Origin: Eledone cirrhosa
Taxonomy: Eukaryota
DNA: 64,000 nt
Reading direction: 5' to 3'
NCBI GenBank assembly: GCA_964016885.1
Contig: OZ024742.1
Coordinates: forward strand, 167,400,001-167,464,000
In this document: positions 25,701-38,900 of the stretch, in pieces
Layout of the letters: every line of letters starts with the position of its first letter
Position numbering within the stretch: position 1 is the first letter of the stretch
Notes under the pieces: model-generated
Seen by the model: only the letters and a program-made list of their open reading frames with translations
Databases searched by the model: none
Told to the model about the DNA's origin: nothing
Program-made: the position numbers and the translations under genes

Positions 25701-26900
25701 TCAGGCGGAGATTGTAAAAAAAATCAGGGGGAGATAATTTGTAAAAAAATCAGGGGGAGATAATTTGTAAAAAAATCAAGGGGAGATAATTTCCAGCTGT
25801 CCAAAGGGAGGTAATATCTAGCCGTCCAAGGGGAGATAATTTCCAGCCGTCCAAGGGGAGATAATTTCCAGCCGTCCAAGGGTAGATAATATCCAGCCGT
25901 CCAAGGAGACATATTTTCCAGCCGTCCAAGGAGAGGTAATTTCTAGCCGTCCAAGTGGAGATAAATTCCAGCCTCCAAGGGGAGATAATTTCCAGCCAGC
26001 CAAGGGGAGATAATTTGTAAAAAAATCAGGGGGAGATAATTTGTAAAAAAAATCAGGGGGAGATAATTTGTAAAAAAAATCAGGGGGAGATAATTTGTAA
26101 AAAAAATCAGGGGGAGATAATTTGTAAAAAAAATCAAGGGGAGATAATTTCCAGCCGTCCAAGAAGAGATAATTTAAAAAAAAAATCAGGCGGAGATAAT
26201 TTGTAAAAAAAAATCAGGGGGAGATAATTTGTAAAAAAAAATCAGGGGGAGATAATTTGTAAAAAAAATCAAGGGGAGATAATTTCCAGCCGTCCAAGGG
26301 GAGATAATTTTCAGCCGTCCAAGGGGAGATAATTTCCAGCCGTCCAAGGGGAGATAATTTGAAAAAAAAATCAGGCGGAGATAATTTGTAAAAAAAATCA
26401 AGGGGAGATAATTTGCAACCGTCCAAGGGGACATAATTTTCAGTCGTCCAAGGAGAGGTAATTTCTAGCCGTACAAGGGGAGATAATTTCCAGCCGTCCA
26501 AGGGGAGATAATTTCCAGCCGTCCAAGGGGAGATAATTTTTTTTTAAAAATCAGGCGGAGATAATTTGTAAAAAAAAAATCAGGGGGAGATAATTTGTAA
26601 AAAAAAATCAGGGGGAGATAATTTGTAAAAAAAATCAGGGGGAGATAATTTGTAAAAAAAATCAAGGGGAGATAATTTCCAGCCGTCCAAGGGAAGATAA
26701 TTTCCAGCCCTCCAAGGGGCTATAATTTCCAGCGTCCAAGAGGAGATAATTTCCAGCCAGCGAAGGGGAGATAATTGTTTTAAAAAAATCATTGGGAGAT
26801 TTGTAAAAAAAATCAGGGGGAGATAATTAATAAAAAAAATCAAGGGTAGATAATTTCCAGCCGTCCAAGGGGAGGTAATATCTAGCCGTCCAAGGGGAGA
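4780..26900 (+). repeat. Tandem higher-order duplication, unit ~11.1 kb (copy 1 ~4780-15910, copy 2 ~15910-26900)
   Basis: ORF-track offsets are 5062/16192 = 11130; 5924/17062, 6836/17974, 8247/19385 and 10457/21595 = 11138; then 11112, 10900 and 10926 after small indels. Shared rare variants include GGGTATATAA (~5460/~16590) and AAACAGGCGAAG (~5680/~16818). Confidence 0.9.
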
Positions 26901-29900
26901 TAATTTCCAGCCGTCCAAGGGGAGATAATTTCCAGCCGTCCAAGGGTAGATAATATCCAGCCGTCCAAGGAGACATATTTTCCAGCCGTCCAAGGAGAGG
27001 TAATTTCTAGCCGTCCAAGGGGAGATAAATTCCAGCCTCCAAGGGGAGATAATTTCCAGCCAGCCAAGGGGAGATAATTTGTAAAAAAATCAGGGGGAGA
27101 TAATTTGTAAAAAAAATCAGGGGTAGATAATTTGTAAAAAAAATCAGGGGGAGATAATTTGTAAAAAAAAATCAGGGGGAGATAATTTGTAAAAAAAATC
27201 AAGGGGAGATAATTTCCAGCCGTCCAAGGAGAGATAATTTTTAAAAAAAATCAGGCGGAGATAATTTGTAAAAAAAAATCAGGGGGAGATAATTTGTAAA
27301 AAAAAATCAGGGGGAGATAATTTGTAAAAAAAATCAAGGGGAGATAATTTCCAGCCGTCCAAGGGGAGATAATTTCCAGCCGTCCAAGGGGAAATAATTT
27401 TTTTAAAAAAATCAGGCGGAGATAATTTGTAAAAAAAATCAGGGGTAGATAATTTGTAAAAAAAAATCAGGGGGAGATAATTTGTAAAAAAAAATCAGGG
27501 GGAGATAATTTCCAGCCGTCCAAGGTAAGATAATTTCCAGCCCTCCAAGGGGCTATAATTTCCAGCATCCAAGGGGAGATAATTTCCAGCCGTCCAAGGG
27601 TAGATAATATCCAGCCGTCCAAGTAGACATATTTTCCAGCCGTCCAAGGAGAGGTAATTTCTAGCCGTCCAAGGGGAGATAAATTCCAGCCTCCAAAGGT
27701 AGATAATTTCCAGCCAGCCAAGGGGAGATAATTTGTAAAAAAATCAGGGGGAGATAATTTGTAAAAAAAATCAGGGGGAGATAATTTGTAAAAAAAAATC
27801 AGGGGGAGATAATTTGTAAAAAAAAATCAGGGGGAGATAATTTGTAAAAAAAATCAAGGGGAGATAATTTCCAGCCGTCCAAGGGGAGATAATTTTCAGC
27901 CGTCCAAGGGGAGATAATTTCCAGCCGTCCAAGGGGAGATAATTTCCATCCTTCCAAGGGGAGATAATTTCCAGCCGTCCAAGGGGAGATAATTTTCAGT
28001 CGTCCAAGGGGAGATAATTTCCCGCCAGCCAAGGGAAGATAATATTTTAAAAAATCAGGCGGAGATAATTTGTAAAAAAAATCAGGGGGAGATAATTTGT
28101 AAAAAAATCAGGGGGAGATAATTTGTAAAAAAAAAATCAGGGGGAGATAATTTGTGAAAAAAATCAGGGGGAGATAATTTGCAAAAAAAAAATCAGGGGT
28201 AGATAATTTGTAAAAAAAAATCAGGGGGAGATAATTTGTAAAAAAAAAATCAGGGGGAGATAATTTGTAAAAAAAATCAGGGGGAGATAATTTGTAAAAA
28301 AAAATCAGGGGGAGATAATTTCCAGCCGTCCAAGGGGAGATAATTTTCAGCCGTCCAAGGGGAGATAATTTCCCGCCAGCCAAGGGAAGATAATATTTAA
28401 AAAAATCAGGCGGAGATAATTTGTAAAAAAAATCAGGGGGAGATAATTTGTAAAAAAATCAGGGGGAGATAATTTGTAAAAAAAATCAAGGGGAGATAAT
28501 TTCCAGCCGTCCAAGGGGAGGTAATATCTAGCCGTCCAAGGGGAGATAATTTCCAGCCGTCCAACAGGAGATAATTTCCAGCCGTCCAAGGGTAGATAAT
28601 ATCCAGCCGTCCAAGGAGACATATTTTCCAGCCGTCCAAGGAGAGGTAATTTCTAGCCGTCCAAGGGGAGATAAATTCCAGCCTCCAAGGGGAGATAATT
28701 TCCAGCCAGCCAAGGGGAGATAATTTGTAAAAAAAATCAGGGGGAGATAATTTGTAAAAAAAATCAGGGGTAGATAATTTGTAAAAAAAAATCAGGGGGA
28801 GATAATTTGTAAAAAAAAATCAGGGGGAGATAATTTGTAAAAAAAATCAAGGGGAGATAATTTCCAGCCGTCGAAGGGAAGATAATTTCCAGCCCTCCAA
28901 GGGGCTATAATTTCCAGCGTCCAAGGGGAGATAATTTCCAGCCGTCCAAGGGGAGATAATTTCCAGCCGTCCAAGGGTAGATAATATCCAGCCGTCCAAG
29001 TAGACATTTTCCAGCCGTCCAAGGAGAGGTAATTTCTAGCCGTCCAAGGGGAGATAAATTCCAGCCTCCAAGGGAAGATAATTTCCAGCCAGCCAAGGGG
29101 AGATAATTTGTAAAAAAATCAGGGGGAGATAATTTGTAAAAAAAAATCAGGGGGAGATAATTTGTAAAAAAAAATCAGGGGGAGATAATTTGTAAAAAAA
29201 AATCAGGGGGAGATAATTTGTAAAAAAAATCAGGGGGAGATAATTTGTAAAAAAAATCAAGGGGAGATAATTTCCAGCCGTCCAAGGGGAGATAATTTTC
29301 AGCCGTCCAAGGGGAGATAATTTCCAGCCGTCCAAGGGGAGATAATTTCCATCCTTCCAAGGGGAGATAATTTCCAGCCGTCCAAGGGGAGATAATTTTC
29401 AGCCGTCCAAGGGGAGATAATTTCCCGCCAGCCAAGGGAAGATAATATTTTAAAAAATCAGGCGGAGATAATTTGTAAAAAAAATCAGGGGGAGATAATT
29501 TGTAAAAAAATCAGGGGGAGATAATTTGTAAAAAAAAAATCAGGGGGAGATAATTTGTAAAAAAAATCAGGGGGAGATAATTTGTAAAAAAAAAATCAGG
29601 GGTAGATAATTTGTAAAAAAAAATCAGGGGGAGATAATTTGTAAAAAAAAAATCAGGGGGAGATAATTTGTAAAAAAAATCAGGGGGAGATAATTTGTAA
29701 AAAAAAATCAGGGGGAGATAATTTCCAGCCGTCCAAGGGGAGATAATTTTCAGCCGTCCAAGGGGAGATAATTTCCCGCCAGCCAAGGGAAGATAATATT
29801 TAAAAAAATCAGGCGGAGATAATTTGTAAAAAAAATCAGGGGGAGATAATTTGTAAAAAAATCAGGGGGAGATCATTTGTAAAAAAAATCAAGGGGAGAT

Positions 29901-32900
29901 AATTTCCAGCCGTCCAAGGGGAGGTAATATCTAGCCGTCCAAGGGGAGATAATTTCCAGCCGTCCAACAGGAGATAATTTCCAGCCGTCCAAGGGTAGAT
30001 AATATCCAGCCGTCCAAGGAGACATATTTTCCAGTCGTCCAAGGAGAGGTAATTTCTAGCCGTCCAAGGGGAGATAAATTCCAGCCTCCAAGGGGAGATA
30101 ATTTCCAGCCAGCCAAGGGGAGATAATTTGTAAAAAAAATCAGGGGGAGATAATTTGTAAAAAAAATCAGGGGTAGATAATTTGTAAAAAAAAATCAGGG
30201 GGAGATAATTTGTAAAAAAAAATCAGGGGGAGATAATTTGTAAAAAAAATCAAGGGGAGATAATTTCCAGCCGTCGAAGGGAAGATAATTTCCAGCCCTC
30301 CAAAGGGCTATAATTTCCAGCGTCCAAGGGGAGATAATTTCCAGCCGTCCAAGGGGAGATAATTTCCAGCCGTCCAAGGGTAGATAATATCCAGCCGTCC
30401 AAGTAGACATTTTCCAGCCGTCCAAGGAGAGGTAATTTCTAGCCGTCCAAGGGGAGATAAATTCCAGCCTCCAAGGGAAGATAATTTCCAGCCAGCCAAG
30501 GGGAGATAATTTGTAAAAAAATCAGGGGGAGATAATTTGTAAAAAAAAATCAGGGGGAGATAATTTGTAAAAAAAAATCAGGGGGAGATAATTTGTAAAA
30601 AAAAATCAGGGGGAGATAATTTGTAAAAAAAATCAGGGGGAGATAATTTGTAAAAAAAATCAAGGGGAGATAATTTCCAGCCGTCCAAGGGGAGATAATT
30701 TTCAGCCGTCCAAGGGGAGATAATTTCCAGCCGTCCAAGGGGAGATAATTTCCATCCTTCCAAGGGGAGATAATTTCCAGCCGTCCAAGGGGAGATAATT
30801 TTCAGCCGTCCAAGGGGAGATAATTTCCCGCCAGCCAAGGGAAGATAATATTTTAAAAAATCAGGCGGAGATAATTTGTAAAAAAAATCAGGGGGAGATA
30901 ATTTGTAAAAAAATCAGGGGGAGATAATTTGTAAAAAAAAAATCAGGGGGAGATAATTTGTAAAAAAAATCAGGGGGAGATAATTTGTAAAAAAAAATCA
31001 GGGGTAGATAATTTGTAAAAAAAAATCAGGGGGAGATAATTTGTAAAAAAAAAATCAGGGGGAGATAATTTGTAAAAAAAATCAAGGGGAGATAATTTCC
31101 AGCCGTCCAAGGAGAGATAATTTAAAAAAAAAATCAGGCGGAGATAATTTGTAAAAAAAATCAAGGGGAGATAATTTGTAAAAAAAAATCAGGGGGAGAT
31201 AATTTGTAAAAAAAATCAAGGGGAGATAATTTCCAGCCGTCCAAGGGAGGATAATTTCCAGCACTCCAACGGGCTATAATTTGCAGTGTCCAAGGGGAGA
31301 TAATTTCCAGCCAGCGAAGGGGAGATAATTTTTTTAAAAAAATCAGGGGGAGATATGTAAAAAAAATCAGAGGGAGATAATTTCTAAAAAAAATCAAAGG
31401 GAGATAATTTCCAGCCGTCCAAAGAGAGATAATTTCTAGCCGTCCAAGGGGAGATAATTTCCAGCCAAGGGGAGATAATTTCCAGCCGTCCAAGGGGAGA
31501 TAATTATTTAAAAAATCAGGTGGAGATAATTTTTAAAAAAAAATCAGGGGGAGATAATTTGTAAAAAAAAATCAGGGGGAGATAATTTGTAAAAAAAATC
31601 AAGGGGAGATAATTTGTAAAAAAAAATCAAGGGGAGATAATTTCCAGCCGTCCAAGGGGAGATAATTTTCAGCCGTCCAAGGGGAGATAATTTCCCGCCA
31701 GCCAAGGAAAGATAATATTTAAAAAAATCAGGCGGAGATAATTTGTAAAAAAAATCAGGGGGAGATAATTTGTAAAAAAATCAGGGGGAGATAATTTGTA
31801 AAAAAAAAATCAGGGGGAGATAATTTGTAAAAAAAATCAGGGGGAGATAATTTGTAAAAAGAAATCAGGGGGAGATAATTTGTAAAAAAAAATCAGGGGG
31901 AGATAATTTGTAAAAAAAATCAATTGGAGATAATTTCCAGCCGTCCAAGGGGAGATAATTTTCAGCCGTCCAAGGAGAGGTAATTTCTAGACGTCCAAGG
32001 GGAGATAATTTCCAGCCGTCCAAGGGGAGATAATTTCCAGCCGTCCAAGGGTAGATAATATCCAGCCGTCCAAGGAGACATATTTTCCAGCTTTCCAAGG
32101 AGAGGTAATTTCTAGCCGTCCAAGGGGAGATAAATTCCAGCCTCCAAGGGGAGATAATTTCCAGCCAGCCAAGGGGAGATAATTTGTAAAAAAATCAGGG
32201 GGAGATAATTTGTAAAAAAAAATCAGGGGCAGATAATTTGTAAAAAAAATCAGGAGGAGATAATTTGTAAAAAAAATCAGGGGGAGATAATTTGTAAAAA
32301 AAATCAAGGGGAGATAATTTCCAGCCGTCCAAGGGGAGATCATTTTCAGCCGTCCAAGGGGAGATAATTTCCCGCCAGCCAAGGGAAGATAATATTTAAA
32401 AAATGAGGCGGAGATAATTTGTAAAAAAAATCAGGGGGAGATAATTTGTAAAAAAATCAGGGGGAGATAATTTGTAAAAAAAAAATCAGGGAGAGATAAT
32501 TTGTAAAAAAAATCAGGGGGAGATAATTTGTAAAAAAAAATCAGGGGTAGATAATTTGTAAAAAAAAATCAGGGTGAGATAATTTGTAAAAAAAATCAAG
32601 GGGAGATAATTTCCAGCCGTCCAAGGGAAGATAATTTCAAGCCCTCCAAGGGGCTATAATTTCCAGTGTCCAAGGGGAGATAATTTCCAGCCAGCGAAGG
32701 GGAGATAATTTTTTTTTTTAAATCAGGGGGAGATTTGTACAAAAAATCAGGGGGAGATAATTTGTAAAAAAAATCAAAGGGAGATAATTTCCAGCCGTCC
32801 AAAGAGAGATAATTTCTAGCCGTCCAAGGGGAGATAATTTCGAGCCAAGCGGAGATAATTTCCAGCCGTCCAAGGGGAGATAATTTTTTAAAAAATCAGG

Positions 32901-35900
32901 TGGAGATAATTTGTAAAAAAAATCAGGGGGAGATAATTTGTAAAAACAAAATCAAGGGCAGATAATTTCCAGCTGTCCAAGGGGAGATAATTTCCAGCCG
33001 TGCAAGGGGAGATAATTTCCAGCCGTCCAAGGGGAGATAATTTCCATCCTTCCAAGGGGAGATAATTTCCAGCCGTCCAAGGGGAGATAATTTCCCGCCA
33101 GCCAAGGGAAGATAATTTTTTAAAAAATCAGGCGGAGATTGTAAAAAAAATCAGGGGGAGATAATTTGTAAAAAAATCAGGGGGAGATAATTTGTAAAAA
33201 AATCAAGGGGAGATAATTTCCAGCTGTCCAAAGGGAGGTAATATCTAGCCGTCCAAGGGGAGATAATTTCCAGCCGTCCAAGGGGAGATAATTTCCAGCC
33301 GTCCAAGGGTAGATAATATCCAGCCGTCCAAGGAGACATATTTTCCAGCCGTCCAAGGAGAGGTAATTTCTAGCCGTCCAAGTGGAGATAAATTCCAGCC
33401 TCCAAGGGGAGGGTAGATAATATCCAGCCGTCCAAGGAGACATATTTTCCAGCTTTCCAAGGAGAGGTAATTTCTAGCCGTCCAAGGGGAGATAAATTCC
33501 AGCCTCCAAGGGGAGATAATTTCCAGCCAGCCAAGGGGAGATAATTTGTAAAAAAATCAGGGGGAGATAATTTGTAAAAAAAAATCAGGGGCAGATAATT
33601 TGTAAAAAAAATCAGGAGATAATTTGTAAAAAAAATCAGGGGGAGATAATTTGTAAAAAAAATCAAGGGGAGATAATTTCCAGCCGTCCAAGGGGAGATA
33701 ATTTTCAGCCGTCCAAGGGGAGATAATTTCCCGCCAGCCAAGGGAAGATAATATTTAAAAAATGAGGCGGAGATAATTTGTAAAAAAAATCAGGGGGAGA
33801 TAATTTGTAAAAAAATCAGGGGGAGATAATTTGTAAAAAAAAAATCAGGGAGAGATAATTTGTAAAAAAAATCAGGGGGAGATAATTTGTAAAAAAAAAT
33901 CAGGGGTAGATAATTTGTAAAAAAAATCAGGGGGAGATAATTTGTAAAAAAAATCAGGGTGAGATAATTTGTAAAAAAAATCAAGGGGAGATAATTTCCA
34001 GCCGTCCAAGGGAAGATAATTTCAAGCCCTCCAAGGGGCTATAATTTCCAGTGTCCAAGGGGAGATAATTTCCAGCCAGCGAAGGGGAGATAATTTTTTT
34101 TTTTAAATCAGGGGGAGATTTGTACAAAAAATCAGGGGGAGATAATTTGTAAAAAAAATCAAAGGGAGATAATTTCCAGCCGTCCAAAGAGAGATAATTT
34201 CTAGCCGTCCAAGGGGAGATAATTTCGAGCCAAGCGGAGATAATTTCCAGCCGTCCAAGGGGAGATTTTTTTTTAAAAAATCAGGTGGAGATAATTTGTA
34301 AAAAAAATCAGGGGGAGATAATTTGTAAAAACAAAATCAAGGGCAGATAATTTCCAGCTGTCCAAGGGGAGATAATTTCCAGCCGTGCAAGGGGAGATAA
34401 TTTCCAGCCGTCCAAGGGGAGATAATTTCCATCCTTCCAAGGGGAGATAATTTCCAGCCGTCCAAGGGGAGATAATTTCCCGCCAGCCAAGGGAAGATAA
34501 TTTTTTAAAAAATCAGGCGGAGATTGTAAAAAAAATCAGGGGGAGATAATTTGTAAAAAAATCAGGGGGAGATAATTTGTAAAAAAATCAAGGGGAGATA
34601 ATTTCCAGCTGTCCAAAGGGAGGTAATATCTAGCCGTCCAAGGGGAGATAATTTCCAGCCGTCCAAGGGGAGATAATTTCCAGCCGTCCAAGGGTAGATA
34701 ATATCCAGCCGTCCAAGGAGACATATTTTCCAGCCGTCCAAGGAGAGGTAATTTCTAGCCGTCCAAGTGGAGATAAATTCCAGCCTCCAAGGGGAGATAA
34801 TTTCCAGCCAGCCAAGGGGAGATAATTTGTAAAAAAATCAGGGGGAGATAATTTGTAAAAAAAATCAGGGGGAGATAATTTGTAAAAAAAAATCAGGGGG
34901 AGATAATTTGTAAAAAAAATCAGGGGGAGATAATTTGTAAAAAAAATCAAGGGGAGATAATTTCCAGCCGTCCAAGGAGAGATAATTTAAAAAAAAAATC
35001 AGGCGGAGATAATTTGTAAAAAAAAATCAGGGGGAGATAATTTGTAAAAAAAAATCAGGGGGAGATAATTTGTAAAAAAAATCAAGGGGAGATAATTTCC
35101 AGCCGTCCAAGGGGAGATAATTTTCAGCCGTCCAAGGGGAGATAATTTCCAGCCGTCCAAGGGGAGATAATTTGAAAAAAAAATCAGGCGGAGATAATTT
35201 GTAAAAAAAATCAAGGGGAGATAATTTGCAACCGTCCAAGGGGACATAATTTTCAGTCGTCCAAGGAGAGGTAATTTCTAGCCGTACAAGGGGAGATAAT
35301 TTCCAGCCGTCCAAGGGGAGATAATTTCCAGCCGTCCAAGGGGAGATAATTTTTTTTTAAAAATCAGGCGGAGATAATTTGTAAAAAAAAAATCAGGGGG
35401 AGATAATTTGTAAAAAAAAATCAGGGGGAGATAATTTGTAAAAAAAATCAGGGGGAGATAATTTGTAAAAAAAATCAAGGGGAGATAATTTCCAGCCGTC
35501 CAAGGGAAGATAATTTCCAGCCCTCCAAGGGGCTATAATTTCCAGCGTCCAAGAGGAGATAATTTCCAGCCAGCGAAGGGGAGATAATTGTTTTAAAAAA
35601 ATCATTGGGAGATTTGTAAAAAAAATCAGGGGGAGATAATTAATAAAAAAAATCAAGGGGAGATAATTTCCAGCCGTCCAAGGGGAGGTAATATCTAGCC
35701 GTCCAAGGGGAGATAATTTCCAGCCGTCCAAGGGGAGATAATTTCCAGCCGTCCAAGGGTAGATAATATCCAGCCGTCCAAGTAGACATTTTCCAGCCGT
35801 CCAAGGAGAGGTAATTTCTAGCCGTCCAAGGGGAGATAAATTCCAGCCTCCAAGGGGAGATAATTTCCAGCCAGCCAAGGGGAGATAATTTGTAAAAAAA

Positions 35901-38900
35901 ATCAGGGGGAGATAATTTGTAAAAAAAAATCAGGGGGAGATAATTTGTAAAAAAAAATCAGGGGGAGATAATTTGTAAAAAAAAATCAGGGGGAGATAAT
36001 TTGTAAAAAAAATCAAGGGGAGATAATTTCCAGCCGTCCAAGGGGAGATAATTTTCAGCCGTCCAAGGGGAGATAATTTCCAGCCGTCCAAGGGGAGATA
36101 ATTTCCATCCTTCCAAGGGGAGATAATTTCCAGCCGTCCAAGGGGAGATAATTTCCCGCCAACCAAGGGAAGATAATTTTTAAAAAAATCAGGCGGAGAT
36201 TGTAAAAAAAATCAGGGGGAGATAATTTGTAAAAAAAAAATCAGGGGGAGATAATTTGTAAAAAAAATCAGGGGGAGATAATTTGTAAAAAAAAATCAAG
36301 GGGAGATAATTTGTACAAAAAATCAGGGGTATATAATTTGTAAAAAAAAATCAGGGGGAGATAATTTGTAAAAAAAAATCAGGGGGAGATAATTTGTAAA
36401 AAAAATCAAGGGGAGATAATTTGCAGCCGTCCAAGGGGAGATAATTTTCAGCCGTCCAAGGAGAGGTAATTTCTAGTCGTCCAAGGTGAGATAATATCCA
36501 GCCGTCCAAGGGGAGATAATTTCCAGCCGTCCAAGGGGAGATAATTTTTAAAAAAAAACAGGCGAAGATAATTTGTAAAAAAAAAATCAGGGGGAGATAA
36601 TTTGTAAAAAAAAATCAGGGGGAGATAATTTGTAAAAAAAAATCAGGGGGAGGTAATTTGTGAAAAAAAATCAAGGGGAGATAATTTCCAGCCTTCCAAG
36701 GGAAGATAATTTCCAGCCCTCCAAGGGGCTATAATTTCCAGCGTCCAAGGGGAGATAATTTCCAGCCAGCGAAGGGGAGATAATTTTTTTTTTTTTAAAT
36801 CAGGGGGAGATAATTTGTAAAAAAAAATCAGGGGGAGATAATTTCCAGCCGTCCAAGGGGAGATAATTTTCAGCCGTCCAAGGGGAGATAATTTTCAGCC
36901 GTCCAAGGGGAGATAATTTCCCGCCAGCCAAGGAAAGATAATATTTAAAAAAATCAGGCGGAGATAATTTGTAAAAAAAAATCAGGGGGAGATAATTTGT
37001 AAAAAAAATCAATTGGAGATAATTTCCAGCCGTCCAAGGGGAGATAATTTTCAGCCGTCCAAGGAGAGGTAATTTCTAGACGTCCAAGGGGAGATAATTT
37101 CCAGCCGTCCAAGGGGAGATAATTTCCAGCCGTCCAAGGGTAGATAATATCCAGCCGTCCAAGGAGACATATTTTCCAGCTTTCCAAGGAGAGGTAATTT
37201 CTAGCCGTCCAAGGGGAGATAAATTCCAGCCTCCAAGGGGAGATAATTTCCAGCCAGCCAAGGGGAGATAATTTGTAAAAAAATCAGGGGGAGATAATTT
37301 GTAAAAAAAAATCAGGGGCAGATAATTTGTAAAAAAAATCAGGGGGAGATAATTTGTAAAAAATATCAGGGGGAGATAATTTGTAAAAAAAATCAAGGGG
37401 AGATAATTTCCAGCCGTCCAAGGGGAGATAATTTTCAGCCGTCCAAGGGGAGATAATTTCCCGCCAGCCAAGGGAAGATAATATTTAAAAAATGAGGCGG
37501 AGATAATTTGTAAAAAAAATCAGGGGGAGATAATTTGTAAAAAAATCAGGGGGAGATAATTTGTAAAAAAAAAATCAGGGAGAGATAATTTGTAAAAAAA
37601 ATCAGGGGGAGATAATTTGTAAAAAAAAATCAGGGGTAGATAATTTGTAAAAAAAAATCAGGGGGAGATAATTTGTAAAAAAAATCAGGGGGAGATAATT
37701 TGTAAAAAAAATCAAGGGGAGATAATTTCCAGCCGTCCAAGGGAAGATAATTTCAAGCCCTCCAAGGGGCTATAATTTCCAGTGTCCAAGGGGAGATAAT
37801 TTCCAGCCAGCGAAGGGGAGATAATTTTTTTTTTTAAATCAGTGGGAGATTTGTACAAAAAATCAGGGGGAGATAATTTGTAAAAAAAATCAAAGGGAGA
37901 TAATTTCCAGCCGTCCAAAGAGAGATAATTTCTAGCCGTCCAAGGGGAGATAATTTCGAGCCAAGGGGAGATAATTTCCAGCCGTCCAAGGGGAGATAAT
38001 TTTTTAAAAAATCAGGTGGAGATAATTTGTAAAAAAAATCAGGGGGAGATAATTTGTAAAAACAAAATCAAGGGCAGATAATTTCCAGCTGTCCAAGGGG
38101 AGATAATTTCCAGCCGTGCAAGGGGAGATAATTTCCAGCCGTCCAAGGGGAGATAATTTCCATCCTTCCAAGGGGAGATAATTTCCAGCCGTCCAAGGGG
38201 AGATAATTTCCCGCCAGCCAAGGGAAGATAATTTTTTAAAAAATCAGGCGGAGATTGTAAAAAAAATCAGGGGGAGATAATTTGTAAAAAAATCAGGGGG
38301 AGATAATTTGTAAAAAAATCAAGGGGAGATAATTTCCAGCTGTCCAAGGGGAGGTAATATCTAGCCGTCCAAGGGGAGATAATTTCCAGCCGTCCAAGGG
38401 GAGATAATTTCCAGCCGTCCAAGGGTAGATAATATCCAGCCGTCCAAGGAGACATATTTTCCAGCCGTCCAAGGAGAGGTAATTTCTAGCCGTCCAAGTG
38501 GAGATAAATTCCAGCCTCCAAGGGGAGATAATTTCCAGCCAGCCAAGGGGAGATAATTTGTAAAAAATTCAGGGGGAGATAATTTGTAAAAAAAATCAGG
38601 GGGAGATAATTTGTAAAAAAAAATCAGGGGGAGATAATTTGTAAAAAAAATCAGGGGGAGATAATTTGTAAAAAAAATCAAGGGGAGATAATTTCCAGCC
38701 GTCCAAGGAGAGATAATTTAAAAAAAAAATCAGGCGGAGATAATTTGTAAAAAAAAATCAGGGGGAGATAATTTGTAAAAAAAAATCAGGGGGAGATAAT
38801 TTGTAAAAAAAATCAAGGGGAGATAATTTCCAGCCGTCCAAGGGGAGATAATTTTCAGCCGTCCAAGGGGAGATAATTTCCAGCCGTCCAAGGGGAGATA

